The notes under the pieces: generated by a model
Seen by the model: the letters and a program-made list of their open reading frames with translations, nothing else
Databases searched by the model: none
What the model was told of the DNA's origin: nothing
Part shown: piece after piece, positions 7,282 through 17,273 of the stretch
Position numbering within the stretch: the stretch's first letter is position 1
Layout: every line of letters begins with the position of its first letter
Program-made: the position numbers and the translations under genes
Assembly: GCF_000008465.1 (NCBI RefSeq)
Contig: NC_006512.1
Coordinates: 750,001 to 782,000 of the forward strand
Direction of reading: 5' to 3'
Length of the DNA stretch: 32,000 nt
Origin: Idiomarina loihiensis L2TR
Lineage (GTDB): Bacteria; Pseudomonadota; Gammaproteobacteria; Enterobacterales; Alteromonadaceae

Positions 7282-10200
7282 ATGGCCAAGTTTTTTATAA
7301 ATCGCCCGATATTTGCCTGGGTTATCGCGCTACTGACCATGATGGCCGGTGCTATCGCGATGCTGCAGCTACCTATAGCTCAGTATCCGACTATCGCTCC
7401 GCCTGCAGTCGAAATTCAGGTGAGTTACCCTGGCGCTAACGCCGAAACCGTTTCAAATACCGTAACCAAGGTTATTGAGCAGAATATGACAGGTATTGAT
7501 AACCTGCTCTATTTCTCTTCTCAGAGTAACTTTGGTAACGGCACCGTTAGTCTGACTTTTGCTTCAGGAACGGATCCTGATATTGCTCAGGTGCAAGTTC
7601 AGAATAAGCTTTCTCAGGCAACCCCCCAGTTGCCTCAGGCAGTTCAGGCTCAGGGCATTACCGTTAGTAAAGCGAGTAGCTCATTCTTAATGGTAGCCGC
7701 GCTCGTGGCCTCAGACGACCGTTACTCTCAAACCGACTTAAGTGACTATATTGCGTCAAATATTCAGGATCCTATAGCCCGTACAACGGGGGTTGGTAAC
7801 GTTCAACTCTTTGGCTCACCCTACTCTATGAGAATTTGGGTCGACCCGTCAGCGCTGGTTAACTACGGCATGACAATGGCTGACCTTAAAAGTGCTATTC
7901 AGGCACAAAATGCTCAGGTTGCTGCCGGTGAACTTGGTGGCACACCAGCCGTAGAGGGGCAACGTCTGAACGCAACCATTATTGCGCAAACTCGTATGTC
8001 TGATGTCTCTGAGTTTGAAAATATCACCTTAAAAGTGTTGTCTGATGGTTCTCAAGTCCGCCTTAAAGACGTTGCTGAGGTCGAAAAAGGCGCGGAAAAC
8101 TATTCCATTCAGGCCAATTATAACGGTAAGCCGGCAACGGGTCTGGCAATTAACCTACAAACCGGCGCTAACGCTCTGGAAACAGCCGATGCGGTAAAAG
8201 CGCGAATGGCTGAACTGGAAGAGTTTTTCCCTGATGGAATGGAGTTGGTTACAGCGTACGATACGACTCCCTTTATCAAAATTTCAATTTCAGAAGTCGC
8301 GCAGGTTTTAATAGAGGCCATTATTCTGGTCTTCCTGCTGATGTTCGTTTTCCTGCAGAACCTACGCGCTACTTTAATACCCACCTTAGCAATACCGGTG
8401 GTTATTCTGGGAACCATGGGAGTCATGGCATTAGCCGGTTTCTCAATTAACACCCTGACCATGTTCGGTATGGTGTTGTCCATCGGCCTGTTGGTTGATG
8501 ACGCCATCGTCGTTGTAGAGAACGTTGAGCGCTTAATGTCTGAAGAGGGCTTGTCACCCAAACAGGCAACGATTAAGTCGATGGGACAAATTACCGGGGC
8601 ACTTGTTGCTATCGGTGTTGTTATGGCCGCGGTATTCGCACCTATGGCCTTCTTCCCGGGTTCCACCGGTGCCGTTTACCGACAGTTCTCACTGACCATC
8701 ATTACCTCGATGGGTCTGTCTGTTCTGGTCGCTATCGTGTTCTCACCAGCATTGTGTGCCACCCTGCTGAAACCGGTTAAGCACGACAAAAGCAGTGGCT
8801 GGGGCCCGCTTGGTTGGTTCAACCGTACCTTAGAGAAATGGACCGATAAGTACACCAATACCATTCACTCAATTTTACGTCGTACCGTACGGTTTGGCGT
8901 ACTTTACCTGGGTATTATTGGCATTCTGGTGTTCTTATTCATGAAATTGCCAGCGGCCTTCTTGCCCGACGAAGATCGCGGCGTATTCTTGACTCAGATG
9001 CAGTTACCGGTCGGTTCGACTATTGAGCAGTCGGTTAATACCATGGACAAAATAGAAAACTATTACCTTAACCAGGAAGATGCGGTTCAGTCAGTATTTT
9101 CTGTTGTTGGTTTCAGTTTCTCAGGACGAAGTCAGGCTAATGGTATCGCCTTCGTGCGTTTGAAAGACTGGAGCGAACGTGACGAAAGCCAGAGTGTTAA
9201 TGCCGTTATAGGCAGAGCTTTTGGGTTCTTCGCTGGTATTAAAGAGGCGATGATATTTGCCTTTAACCTGCCACCTATTCCAGAACTTGGTGTTTCCAGT
9301 GGTTTCAACCTGTTCCTGCAGGATCGCGGTAACCTGGGTCATGCAGGTTTACTCGAAGCCCGTAACCAATTGCTGGGTATGGCAGGACAGAACGACAAGC
9401 TGGTACAGGTACGTCCAAATGGTCTTGAAGATGCGCCACAGTTGCGTATTGATATCGACTTTGAAAAAGCTCAGGCGCTGGGACTGACTATTACCAATAT
9501 CAATGAAACCTTAAGCACAGCCTGGGGTTCATCCTACGTTAACGACTTTATCGATCGGGGCCGGGTTAAAAAGGTCTATCTGCAGGGCGAGACGGAATCG
9601 CGCATGTTGCCTGAAGATATCAACGAATGGTATGTCAAAAATAACCAGGGTGATATGGTGCCATTTAGCTCATTCTCGAGCTGGGAATGGACTTATGGTG
9701 CCCAGCGAGTTGAAAGCTACAACGGTGTTGCTGCAATGGAAATCCAGGGGCAGGCAGCTCCGGGAGTCAGTACCGGCGAAGCCATGATTGAAATGGAAAA
9801 GATGATTGCTAAGCTTCCTCCGGGTATTGGTTTCGAATGGACAGGTATTTCTTTACAAGAGCGTCAATCTGGTGATTTTGCGCCGATCCTTTATAGCGTA
9901 TCGCTGATTGTCGTATTCCTGTTCCTGGCAGCCCTGTACGAAAGCTGGTCAATACCTTTCTCAGTCATGCTGGTTGTCCCTCTGGGTATTCTGGGTGCTG
10001 TCGTTGCTGTCATGCTTCGCGGTATCTCTAACGATGTTTACTTCCAGGTAGGTCTGCTGACAACCGTAGGGGTATCAGCAAGGAACGCCATACTGATTGT
10101 TGAGTTTGCGAAAGACTTACAGGCTCAGGGTAAAGAGCTACTGGATGCCACGCTGGAAGCCGTGCGCTTACGTCTGCGCCCTATCCTTATGACGTCCTTA

Positions 10201-10383
10201 GCCTTTATCTTTGGTGTTATGCCTCTGGCACTAAGCGATGGTGCAGGTGCTGCAAGCCGTAATGCCATCGGTACCAGTGTTATAGGCGGAATGATTGGCG
10301 GTACTGTACTGGCAATCTTCTTCGTACCATTATTCTTCTATGTTGTGCGGCGAATATTCCCGCCTAAACAATCGGAAGAATAA
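7282..10383 (+). CDS. Hydrophobe/amphiphile efflux-1 (HAE1) RND permease, AcrB/MexB family, 1033 aa
   Basis: [41 protein letters not shown] is the canonical AcrB N-terminus. The size and 12-TM/2-loop architecture fit the family. Confidence 0.95.
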   Translation: MAKFFINRPIFAWVIALLTMMAGAIAMLQLPIAQYPTIAPPAVEIQVSYPGANAETVSNTVTKVIEQNMTGIDNLLYFSSQSNFGNGTVSLTFASGTDPDIAQVQVQNKLSQATPQLPQAVQAQGITVSKASSSFLMVAALVASDDRYSQTDLSDYIASNIQDPIARTTGVGNVQLFGSPYSMRIWVDPSALVNYGMTMADLKSAIQAQNAQVAAGELGGTPAVEGQRLNATIIAQTRMSDVSEFENITLKVLSDGSQVRLKDVAEVEKGAENYSIQANYNGKPATGLAINLQTGANALETADAVKARMAELEEFFPDGMELVTAYDTTPFIKISISEVAQVLIEAIILVFLLMFVFLQNLRATLIPTLAIPVVILGTMGVMALAGFSINTLTMFGMVLSIGLLVDDAIVVVENVERLMSEEGLSPKQATIKSMGQITGALVAIGVVMAAVFAPMAFFPGSTGAVYRQFSLTIITSMGLSVLVAIVFSPALCATLLKPVKHDKSSGWGPLGWFNRTLEKWTDKYTNTIHSILRRTVRFGVLYLGIIGILVFLFMKLPAAFLPDEDRGVFLTQMQLPVGSTIEQSVNTMDKIENYYLNQEDAVQSVFSVVGFSFSGRSQANGIAFVRLKDWSERDESQSVNAVIGRAFGFFAGIKEAMIFAFNLPPIPELGVSSGFNLFLQDRGNLGHAGLLEARNQLLGMAGQNDKLVQVRPNGLEDAPQLRIDIDFEKAQALGLTITNINETLSTAWGSSYVNDFIDRGRVKKVYLQGETESRMLPEDINEWYVKNNQGDMVPFSSFSSWEWTYGAQRVESYNGVAAMEIQGQAAPGVSTGEAMIEMEKMIAKLPPGIGFEWTGISLQERQSGDFAPILYSVSLIVVFLFLAALYESWSIPFSVMLVVPLGILGAVVAVMLRGISNDVYFQVGLLTTVGVSARNAILIVEFAKDLQAQGKELLDATLEAVRLRLRPILMTSLAFIFGVMPLALSDGAGAASRNAIGTSVIGGMIGGTVLAIFFVPLFFYVVRRIFPPKQSEE

Positions 10384-10397
10384 CGAATAGCAGATAC

Positions 10398-10433
10398 AAA
10401 AAACCCGGAGCTTAAACTCCGGGTTTTCTTTTT
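10398..10433. terminator. Bidirectional rho-independent terminator between the convergent RND permease and glycosyltransferase genes
   Basis: 9-bp stem AACCCGGAG (10402-10410) / CTCCGGGTT (10417-10425) with a 6-nt loop. It is flanked by an A-run upstream and TTTTCTTTTT downstream, so it can act on both strands. Confidence 0.75.
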
Positions 10434-10447
10434 AAAACGGCAGCTTA

Positions 10448-11491
10448 TCAAGTCGCTTTTTTAAAAACTAAGCGTTTTTGCCCACCGTAACTCAATAAAA
10501 ATACTAGACCTTCAGCTAAAGGCTTACCAATAAAAGGTGTGACACCAAGATACCGGAAAGCCTCCGTAAGGCCGTAATTAGCAGCCACTAAAACAATCGC
10601 CAAACAACTGTACTTAGTTGCGTCCCAGGCGACATGAGCCCCCTGTTTGAATACCCATTGGCGATTCAAAGAAAAGTTGAACACCCCGGATATAATTCGC
10701 GCCAGAACAATAGACTCCAACACCTGGCCGGAGAAAAAGTAAGCTGTCGCAAAAATAGAGTAATCAAGGCCGGCAGACAGAATGCCAATACTCGCAAACT
10801 TTAAAAACTTTTGGTAAATTTTTATCGAGTCGATTACTGGTCGGTAATGACTTGTTTCATTACCCTCTTCATAAACCGTGGTTATTTCCTGAGAGTTTAT
10901 GCGATAGCCGCAGCGCTTAGCCGAAAGCAGCATTTCCAACTCAAACTCATAACCTGAACTGTTAAAGTGAACTAACTGTTTAAGGAAACCTAACGGAATT
11001 CCACGTAGTCCGGTTTGGGTATCTTTAATATCCTGACCCGTTACCAGCCGAAAAATAACCCGGGTAAATTTATTACCGAGTCTGGAGCGGAAAGGAATGT
11101 CTTTTTCATCGAAAGTGCGGCTACCCAGCCATAGTTTATCCGGGTATCCTTTTAGGCAGGTGCAAATAGCGAGAATGTCTTTCGCCAAATGCTGACCGTC
11201 TGCGTCAGCAGTTACGGCACCGGAACAGCGTTCATCACTTTGCTTGATGATCCAGTTAAATGCCGTGCGCAACGCCGCGCCTTTTCCCTTATTTTGCTCA
11301 TGCCTTAGAACATGAACACGATGACGATCAGCCAGTTGCTGAAAAACATCGGAGAGGCGACTACCGTCATCAACAACAATAATACCCAGATAGTGATTCC
11401 ATTCTGGATCTCCAGTGGTAATACTATCAATAAGCTCCAGCAAGTGCTGGTCGGGATCCAGCGCCGGAATAACAATATAAGGTTTCTTCAT
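10448..11491 (-). CDS. Bifunctional family-2 glycosyltransferase (GtrB / polyprenyl-phosphate glycosyltransferase-like) fused to a GtrA-like 4-TM domain
   Basis: The N-terminal half has IVIPALD...VVDDGS...GKGAALRTAF...DADGQH (GT-A/GT2 motifs). The C-terminal ~120 aa has four hydrophobic helices with FNFSLNRQWVF, typical of the GtrA family. Confidence 0.8.
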   Translation of the reverse strand: MKKPYIVIPALDPDQHLLELIDSITTGDPEWNHYLGIIVVDDGSRLSDVFQQLADRHRVHVLRHEQNKGKGAALRTAFNWIIKQSDERCSGAVTADADGQHLAKDILAICTCLKGYPDKLWLGSRTFDEKDIPFRSRLGNKFTRVIFRLVTGQDIKDTQTGLRGIPLGFLKQLVHFNSSGYEFELEMLLSAKRCGYRINSQEITTVYEEGNETSHYRPVIDSIKIYQKFLKFASIGILSAGLDYSIFATAYFFSGQVLESIVLARIISGVFNFSLNRQWVFKQGAHVAWDATKYSCLAIVLVAANYGLTEAFRYLGVTPFIGKPLAEGLVFLLSYGGQKRLVFKKAT

Positions 11492-11512
11492 TCCAGCACT
11501 GGGCCTTTGTTT

Positions 11513-11881
11513 CTATGTTTTTTTGTCCTGATCGTCTTTGACTTCGTACTCTCCATCAATAACCGAGCCACGGTCTTCCTTATTATTTTCATAATGTTCT
11601 TGTTGTTTTTGATACTGCCGTTGTTGCTCCTGATAATGCTGTTTCGCCTGCTTACGCATACGCCAAACCTGTTTAATAGCATGACGTTGACGCCACATAA
11701 CCGGAATCATCAGCACAAATAAAACGGCGGCGATGACCATGCCAAAAGCCAATCCAAGGCCTATCAGAACCAATAACAAAAAAAGGCCCAGCAAACGGCT
11801 GAGCCAGTTACCGGAGGATGAACCTCCGGTACGCGAACCCTGGTTGAAACGGACATAAACTTTATCTCGTTTATGAGTCAT
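11513..11881 (-). CDS. Hypothetical small membrane protein: two-TM hairpin with a Gln/Tyr/Glu-rich cytoplasmic tail
   Basis: AGGAG lies 5 nt upstream of the ATG at 11881. It has two clear hydrophobic helices (LLGLFLLLVLIGLGLAFGMVIAAVLFVLMIPV) and the tail KQHYQEQQRQYQKQQEHYENN. It ends 21 nt before the GT2-GtrA gene. I do not recognise a family. Confidence 0.6.
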   Translation of the reverse strand: MTHKRDKVYVRFNQGSRTGGSSSGNWLSRLLGLFLLLVLIGLGLAFGMVIAAVLFVLMIPVMWRQRHAIKQVWRMRKQAKQHYQEQQRQYQKQQEHYENNKEDRGSVIDGEYEVKDDQDKKT

Positions 11882-11956
11882 AACTGCTCCTAAAAAATGA
11901 CTACAAAGCTAAGACAACATAAGGCACAGACCGTTCCTACAAGGTTATCTTAACGT

Positions 11957-13630
11957 CTATTTACGCATATCTTCTGTTGCTTTACGTACCGCTTCAAATT
12001 CATTGCCCGGTGCCCATTGCGGCCAATCCCGTGAGTTTGCTAACTCATTGCCAATTGAATAAAAAACGGACATGTCCTGCTGTACACCACGTAAATCCCA
12101 GTTTTCATCAAATTCATCAGCCGGTTTATGATAAGCGTCGCGATTAAATATAGCACGCTGCTCTTCAGTCCACTCGCGGCCCTTTTCAAAGTGATCATTG
12201 CCACCTTCAGCGTAAAGCATCGGCACGCCTTTCTTCGCCAGGCTAAAATGATCCGAGCGGTAGAATGAACCCACTTCAGGAGTTGGCTCAGGTGCTACAT
12301 AACGATCTTGGGCCTTTACGTAGCGTTTCAAGTAGTCTTCCATAGAAGAATTGCCATAACCAACGACAACCATGTCTTTCATCGGACCATAAACGTTCAT
12401 AACGTCCATATTGATACCGCCAACAGCTTTGCCCAGCGGCAGCATTGGATGTGACGCGTACCAGCCAGAACCGAGCAGGCCACTCTCCTCTGCACCTACC
12501 GCAGCAAACACAATAGAGCGCTCTGGTTGTGGCCCTTTAGCAAACTGCTCAGCCATAGCCATTAATGCGGCCGTGCCGGAGGCATTATCCTGCGCACCAT
12601 TATAGATAGGATCATCTTCACGCACCGGATCGGTTCCCAGATGGTCGTGGTGAGCCATATAAATAACGTGTTCTTCTGGATATTTAGAGCCCTCAATGTA
12701 ACCAATCACGTTATTGGTATCTAAATATTCAAATTTGTTTTGCACCGTCAGTGAAGCTTCAATATTCAGCGGCTGAGGCTTAAACTCACCACTTAACGCC
12801 AGCTCCCGCATTTGTTCTAAATTCTTGCCTACAGTAGCAAAAAGCGCATTTGCACTCTCTTCGGTTATCCAACCTTCAATGGCTGAGCGATCCATATTCT
12901 TGTTTTCACGCTTTAAGTCAAAACGCACTGGAGAACCGCCAGCAACAACCCCCCAGCCATATCCGGCAGGTCCAGTCTCGTGTATCACAAAAGCGGCTTC
13001 AGCGCCCTGTCTGGCGGCTTCCTCAAATTTATAAGTCCAACGACCATAGTAAGTCATTGCATTGCCATTAAATAGCTCAGGATCACCTGTTGCGTAGCCC
13101 GGGTCATTTACTAGCATAACAACGGTTTTACCTTCAACATCCAGTCCTTCGTAGTCGTTCCAGTCGTATTCAGGAGCAACAATACCGTATCCGACAAAAA
13201 CAACGTCGCTGTTCTCGACTTTAACTTCGTCAACCACTCGCGGTGTCCACGCCATCATTTCCGTACGGTACTTCATTGACTCTGGTGCTGACTCACCATC
13301 AAAGTTTAGAGAACTCACTTTATACGGCATCAATTTGACTAAGGGGACAGGTTGACGATAACTGTCATTTTCCTGGTCATACGGCTTTAAGCCCCACTCG
13401 CGGAAATTATTTTCAATAAAGCTAACCGTTTTTTCACCACCAGCTGATGCAGGTGCGCGCCCTTCAAACTCGTCAGAAGATAACGTTTTAAGATAATCCC
13501 GGTAATTGGGGTTAAAAGCTGAATCCTTTATATCGGCAACGGCTTTATCTGTTTCTTTGTTTGATTCGTTTGCCGGCCCGCAAGCAGCTAAGACACTTAA
13601 GCTCAGTGCTCCCAATATGACGTACTTCAT
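11957..13630 (-). CDS. M28-family aminopeptidase with PA (protease-associated) domain; lipoprotein
   Basis: Lipobox LAAC. Motifs YMAHHDHLG, NGAQDNASGTAALMAMAE and GAEESGLLGS are typical M28 zinc-ligand blocks. I prefer the ATG at 13630 (AAGGAG 7 nt upstream, MKYVILG...) over 13657. Confidence 0.85.
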   Translation of the reverse strand: MKYVILGALSLSVLAACGPANESNKETDKAVADIKDSAFNPNYRDYLKTLSSDEFEGRAPASAGGEKTVSFIENNFREWGLKPYDQENDSYRQPVPLVKLMPYKVSSLNFDGESAPESMKYRTEMMAWTPRVVDEVKVENSDVVFVGYGIVAPEYDWNDYEGLDVEGKTVVMLVNDPGYATGDPELFNGNAMTYYGRWTYKFEEAARQGAEAAFVIHETGPAGYGWGVVAGGSPVRFDLKRENKNMDRSAIEGWITEESANALFATVGKNLEQMRELALSGEFKPQPLNIEASLTVQNKFEYLDTNNVIGYIEGSKYPEEHVIYMAHHDHLGTDPVREDDPIYNGAQDNASGTAALMAMAEQFAKGPQPERSIVFAAVGAEESGLLGSGWYASHPMLPLGKAVGGINMDVMNVYGPMKDMVVVGYGNSSMEDYLKRYVKAQDRYVAPEPTPEVGSFYRSDHFSLAKKGVPMLYAEGGNDHFEKGREWTEEQRAIFNRDAYHKPADEFDENWDLRGVQQDMSVFYSIGNELANSRDWPQWAPGNEFEAVRKATEDMRK

Positions 13631-13659
13631 GGTTTCTCCTTTTATATTACTTTTCATTA

Positions 13660-14166
13660 TTACTCTTTACCGTATTTTTGCTCACAGCTCTCGCCCTCAG
13701 CTTTTCTTAATTGATCGCCCATGCGAATATCGTGCTCCGCAAAAAATCCGCCATTGACCTCAAGTACGCTCCAGTAATTTTTCCCCGGAGAATAGCTTCT
13801 GCATTGCGTTGGATCATCGCTGCCGCAAGGTCGCATCGTGAACGTTTTCACAATACGGCCTTGTCGATCAAGGTAAGCAATATCTAATGGAATTAATGTC
13901 TGGTACATCCAGAAACCACTGTAGCCGGGCCGCTCATTTCCATAACGGAACCACATTCCATTGTACTCACCCAGTGACTCACGCTGCATTAAACCCCGCG
14001 CTTGTTGCTGCTGATTATCCGCTAGCTCGACTGTCAAAGGTTGTTCAAGTTCGCCCAGACAGACTTCGGTTTTATCAAATTCTTGTGGTTCAGGAACATT
14101 CCATTGCTGCGCCAGACTGCAAAAAGGTAAGGCGCTGATTAATATAAAAAGCACTCGATAGTTCAT
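13660..14166 (-). CDS. DUF192 domain-containing exported protein
   Basis: Signal peptide, then ARGLMQRESL...GMWFRY...FWMYQTLIPLDIAYLDRQGRIV, which matches the DUF192 (COG1430) pattern. It ends 29 nt upstream of the M28 gene on the same strand. Confidence 0.7.
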   Translation of the reverse strand: MNYRVLFILISALPFCSLAQQWNVPEPQEFDKTEVCLGELEQPLTVELADNQQQQARGLMQRESLGEYNGMWFRYGNERPGYSGFWMYQTLIPLDIAYLDRQGRIVKTFTMRPCGSDDPTQCRSYSPGKNYWSVLEVNGGFFAEHDIRMGDQLRKAEGESCEQKYGKE

Positions 14167-14234
14167 TTGCTTGACCCTGTCATAATCAGTAACTCTGATT
14201 TTGTCCTATCCAGTGGGAGATCGCAATTCAAACC

Positions 14235-15641
14235 TCAACTTGAGCAGGACAGTTCAGAGACCTGCTCCTCAGCCGTTGGCGGCTTCGCCCAGGGGCTTTC
14301 GCGTAAACGTTCAGAAAAGGGGGTCATTAAAGCCTGCACATAGTCATGTAATAACGAGTCGTCACCGGTTTCTGCAGCCTCGATAACCCGCTGCGCATGG
14401 TGTGTCCTGACAATAACCCAGGGGTTAACTTGCTTCATCACGTCAATATCGCTCTCTCCGTTTACCACGTTATTGTATTCCTGCCACCAGCTGTCACCGC
14501 TTTGTGCCAGTAACCCTTTCGGCTCTTTCGCTTCAAGCGAGTCAATTAAGTCACGGAACGCCAATTGATAATCGGCCTGGTTCACTTCCAGCAGACTTAA
14601 CCAGCCGCCAACTAACTGCATTCTCTCTTTGGCCGGCACTGACGACATCCCCAGACGCTTTGTCATTCGGTTTAAGTAAGCTTTTCGAAGTTCAGGTTCG
14701 TAGGTGTCCAGCGCCGCCCTTAGTTTATCTGCCTCAATTAAAGGACTAATTGCCTGAGCCAGTCGCTGTAAATTCCAGAGTCCAACTCCCGGTTGTTGCA
14801 AAAGCCCGTAACGCCCGCCCGCATCGGTATGATTAAAAATCTTTTCGGGCTGGTAATCATCCAGAAAGGCGTAGGGGCCAAAGTCGAACGTTTCACCCGC
14901 TAAACTCATATTGTCAGTATTCATTACACCATGAATAAAACCATAAGCCTGCCACGCAGCAATCATCTCAGCGGTACTTTTAACCACCTGCGAAAATTGT
15001 TCCTCGATATCCGCATCCGCTAAGTGTGGCCAGGTCACTTCTATGGTGTCCTGCCAGAGGTTGTGCATGGTATCTTCCAGTCCGCGGTGAAAACAGTGTT
15101 CAAAATGACCAAAACGGACATGCGTCGTCGCTGTGCGGGCCAGCATCGCGCCGGGTTCAACCCGCTCCCGTTGTATCTTCCCTTGTGTCGAGATTAAGGC
15201 CAAAGCACGCGTTGTCGGAATAGTTAGCGCGTGCAGCGCTTCGCTTGCCAGCAATTCCCGTATAGAAGAGCGCAACACCGCCCTGCCATCTGCGCCCCGG
15301 CTGTATGGAGTCGGTCCGGCGCCTTTTATATGGATATCCGTTATTTTATCTCCCACTACGGCCTGACCCAGCAGCAGGCCGCGACCATCGCCTAAATAAG
15401 GGTTAAAATGTCCGAACTGATGCCCTGCGTACTTTTGCGCAACCGGGTCACTTCCCGGGCAGTGCTCGAGCCCTCCCAGCCACTGAGACAATTCAGCCGG
15501 CGGCGTTTCTCCATTGGTTAATTCAGCCCATAAAGGGCTATTTAACCAACGTAAATTGACCTCGCCATCGGGCTTTATTGGCTGGCGAGTTGTAATTTCC
15601 GGGAACTTACGGGCAAAGCGGTTATCAAAAACTATTGGCAT
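14235..15641 (-). CDS. selO: Protein adenylyltransferase (AMPylase/UMPylase) SelO/YdiU family
   Basis: YAGHQFGHFNPYLGDGRGLLLG, RALALISTQ and HGVMNTDNMSLAGETFDFGPYAF are characteristic of UPF0061/SelO. The C-terminus is ...LSCSS. I prefer the ATG at 15641 (AGGAGG upstream, MPIVFDNRF...) over 15695. Confidence 0.9.
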   Translation of the reverse strand: MPIVFDNRFARKFPEITTRQPIKPDGEVNLRWLNSPLWAELTNGETPPAELSQWLGGLEHCPGSDPVAQKYAGHQFGHFNPYLGDGRGLLLGQAVVGDKITDIHIKGAGPTPYSRGADGRAVLRSSIRELLASEALHALTIPTTRALALISTQGKIQRERVEPGAMLARTATTHVRFGHFEHCFHRGLEDTMHNLWQDTIEVTWPHLADADIEEQFSQVVKSTAEMIAAWQAYGFIHGVMNTDNMSLAGETFDFGPYAFLDDYQPEKIFNHTDAGGRYGLLQQPGVGLWNLQRLAQAISPLIEADKLRAALDTYEPELRKAYLNRMTKRLGMSSVPAKERMQLVGGWLSLLEVNQADYQLAFRDLIDSLEAKEPKGLLAQSGDSWWQEYNNVVNGESDIDVMKQVNPWVIVRTHHAQRVIEAAETGDDSLLHDYVQALMTPFSERLRESPWAKPPTAEEQVSELSCSS

Positions 15642-15747
15642 ACATCCTCCTGCTAAATAGATTGTTACACAGTCAGCGAGGCTTGCATAACTCATAATAA
15701 ATCAGCTAAGGTCGCAACGTTTGGCCATTGGCAGCAAAGGAAGCCAC

Positions 15748-16644
15748 ATGCAACTTCATTCTTTACGACGTATCACCGCAATAGGCGGTGGCCACGGTCT
15801 CGGTCGGGTACTGTCGACTCTGTCGTTTATGAAACATAAGTTAGTCGGTATTGTAGCAACCACAGATAACGGCGGCGCAACCGGTTTGTTACGTGAGTCA
15901 CAACACTGCATTGCCTGGGGGGATATCCGCAACTGCCTGTCACAACTTGTTGAACAACCGCTAGCGGCCGAAGTACTGAATTATCGTTTTGATTGCACAT
16001 CGTCACTGCATGGTCATAACTTCGGTAACCTGCTGCTTTATACACTGGACCAGCTCAGTGCCCGCCCGTTAGATGGTATACAGCTATTAAGTCGTTTGCT
16101 GAACGTCGATAATCGCATACTTCCTATGTCGGAATGCCCGACCGATCTCATTGCGACAACCAACGATGGCATTCAGTGTCATGGTGAAATACGCATTGAT
16201 AAACTGCCGGTTATGCCACGCAAGCTCTCCTTATCCGGCAGCGTTACTGCAACCCCCGAAGCGATACGCCATATTCGAAGCAGTCAGTTAATCTTGCTGG
16301 GACCGGGAAGTTTCATGACCTCGGTTATGCCACCGTTACTCATTAATGGTGTCCGCGATGCCTTACGGACAACTCAGGCCAAAGTGGTGTTTATTGATAA
16401 TCTGGTGGATGAAAACGGCCCTGCCGGGAAACTCAGCCTGGCTGAAAAAGTCGGCTTTATCGAGAAGCAATTGGGTAAGCAGGTTATCGACTTAGTTTTA
16501 AGCAACAAGCAAGAAAAAGACCTAAAATTACCGGTTATTGGCGGTTTGCAGAGTGATGAAGATGTCTACTACCGCCATAATACAAGCAATTTACTGGCTA
16601 AATTAGAAGAAGCCGCGAAACAACTCCTGGTGGAGAGTGCTTAG
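15748..16644 (+). CDS. ybhK: YvcK/YbhK (CofD-like, UPF0052) family protein, the so-called gluconeogenesis factor
   Basis: [17 protein letters not shown]...[12 protein letters not shown]...[13 protein letters not shown]...GHNFGNLLL closely follows E. coli YbhK as I recall it. I prefer the ATG at 15748 (AAGGAAG upstream) over the TTG at 15721. Confidence 0.8.
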   Translation: MQLHSLRRITAIGGGHGLGRVLSTLSFMKHKLVGIVATTDNGGATGLLRESQHCIAWGDIRNCLSQLVEQPLAAEVLNYRFDCTSSLHGHNFGNLLLYTLDQLSARPLDGIQLLSRLLNVDNRILPMSECPTDLIATTNDGIQCHGEIRIDKLPVMPRKLSLSGSVTATPEAIRHIRSSQLILLGPGSFMTSVMPPLLINGVRDALRTTQAKVVFIDNLVDENGPAGKLSLAEKVGFIEKQLGKQVIDLVLSNKQEKDLKLPVIGGLQSDEDVYYRHNTSNLLAKLEEAAKQLLVESA

Positions 16645-17228
16645 CCGCCGTCAGCTGAAATACGCGAAGCCACGGCGCTGTGCTGATCCCGATATTTAGC
16701 ATCTTCACGCTTGTTGTAGGGCCTTGCACAAGGGCCACTGAGCTTCTCAAAACTAATAGCACCTATCTTCATACCCGCTCGTAATGCCAAAGGTAACTTA
16801 CCGCTATTAAAGAACTCCAGAACAATTTGTCCTGACCAACCCGGGTCAATGCGGTGAGCCGTTACATGTACCATCAATCCTAAACGCGCTAATGACGAGC
16901 GACCGTCTAACCAACCCACCATATCGGCCGGCAAGGTAATAGACTCATGTGTTACCGCTAAAGCAAATTCGCCAGGGTGAATAAAAAAGGCCTGGTCATC
17001 TTTAAGCACAATTTCATCACTCATGACTTCCTGAATTGCCGCTTCAATAGCTTCGCGCGAGCCGCTAATATCTATAAAAGGTGCCGCATGATCCTGCAGC
17101 ACACGAAAATCGTTGCCTAAATGAATATCTAGTGTAACGCCTGAGATATTATTGGCTTGGGGTGCAGGTTCGACACCTATAATTCCATCTTTCAAATGCT
17201 GTTCTATTTCAGTGTCGTTTAGGCGCAT
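16641..17228 (-). CDS. dcd: dCTP deaminase
   Basis: 195 aa. [12 protein letters not shown]... and the overall length match E. coli Dcd (MRLCDRDIEAWL...). The gene neighbours apbC and metG. Confidence 0.9.
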   Translation of the reverse strand: MRLNDTEIEQHLKDGIIGVEPAPQANNISGVTLDIHLGNDFRVLQDHAAPFIDISGSREAIEAAIQEVMSDEIVLKDDQAFFIHPGEFALAVTHESITLPADMVGWLDGRSSLARLGLMVHVTAHRIDPGWSGQIVLEFFNSGKLPLALRAGMKIGAISFEKLSGPCARPYNKREDAKYRDQHSAVASRISADGG

Positions 17229-17273
17229 GGTTCATCGTTCTCCGTGTTGTCATTTAAGACCTTAAGGCCAGTA

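Noticed and set aside
8118-8666. 182-aa ORF on the minus strand inside the RND permease gene
   Set aside because: It lies entirely antisense to a very confidently identified AcrB-family CDS. Its composition (Ala/Ile/Thr/Ser/Pro-rich) is typical of the reverse frame of a membrane-protein gene. It has no Shine-Dalgarno and no recognisable motif.
11312-11722. 136-aa plus-strand ORF and 64-aa minus-strand ORF (11488-11682) overlapping the GT2-GtrA start and the 122-aa membrane protein gene
   Set aside because: The 11513-11881 minus-strand frame has a strong AGGAG Shine-Dalgarno, clean TM helices, and operon spacing to the GT gene. The competing frames give Ile/Asn/Leu/Phe-rich junk-like sequence with no Shine-Dalgarno.
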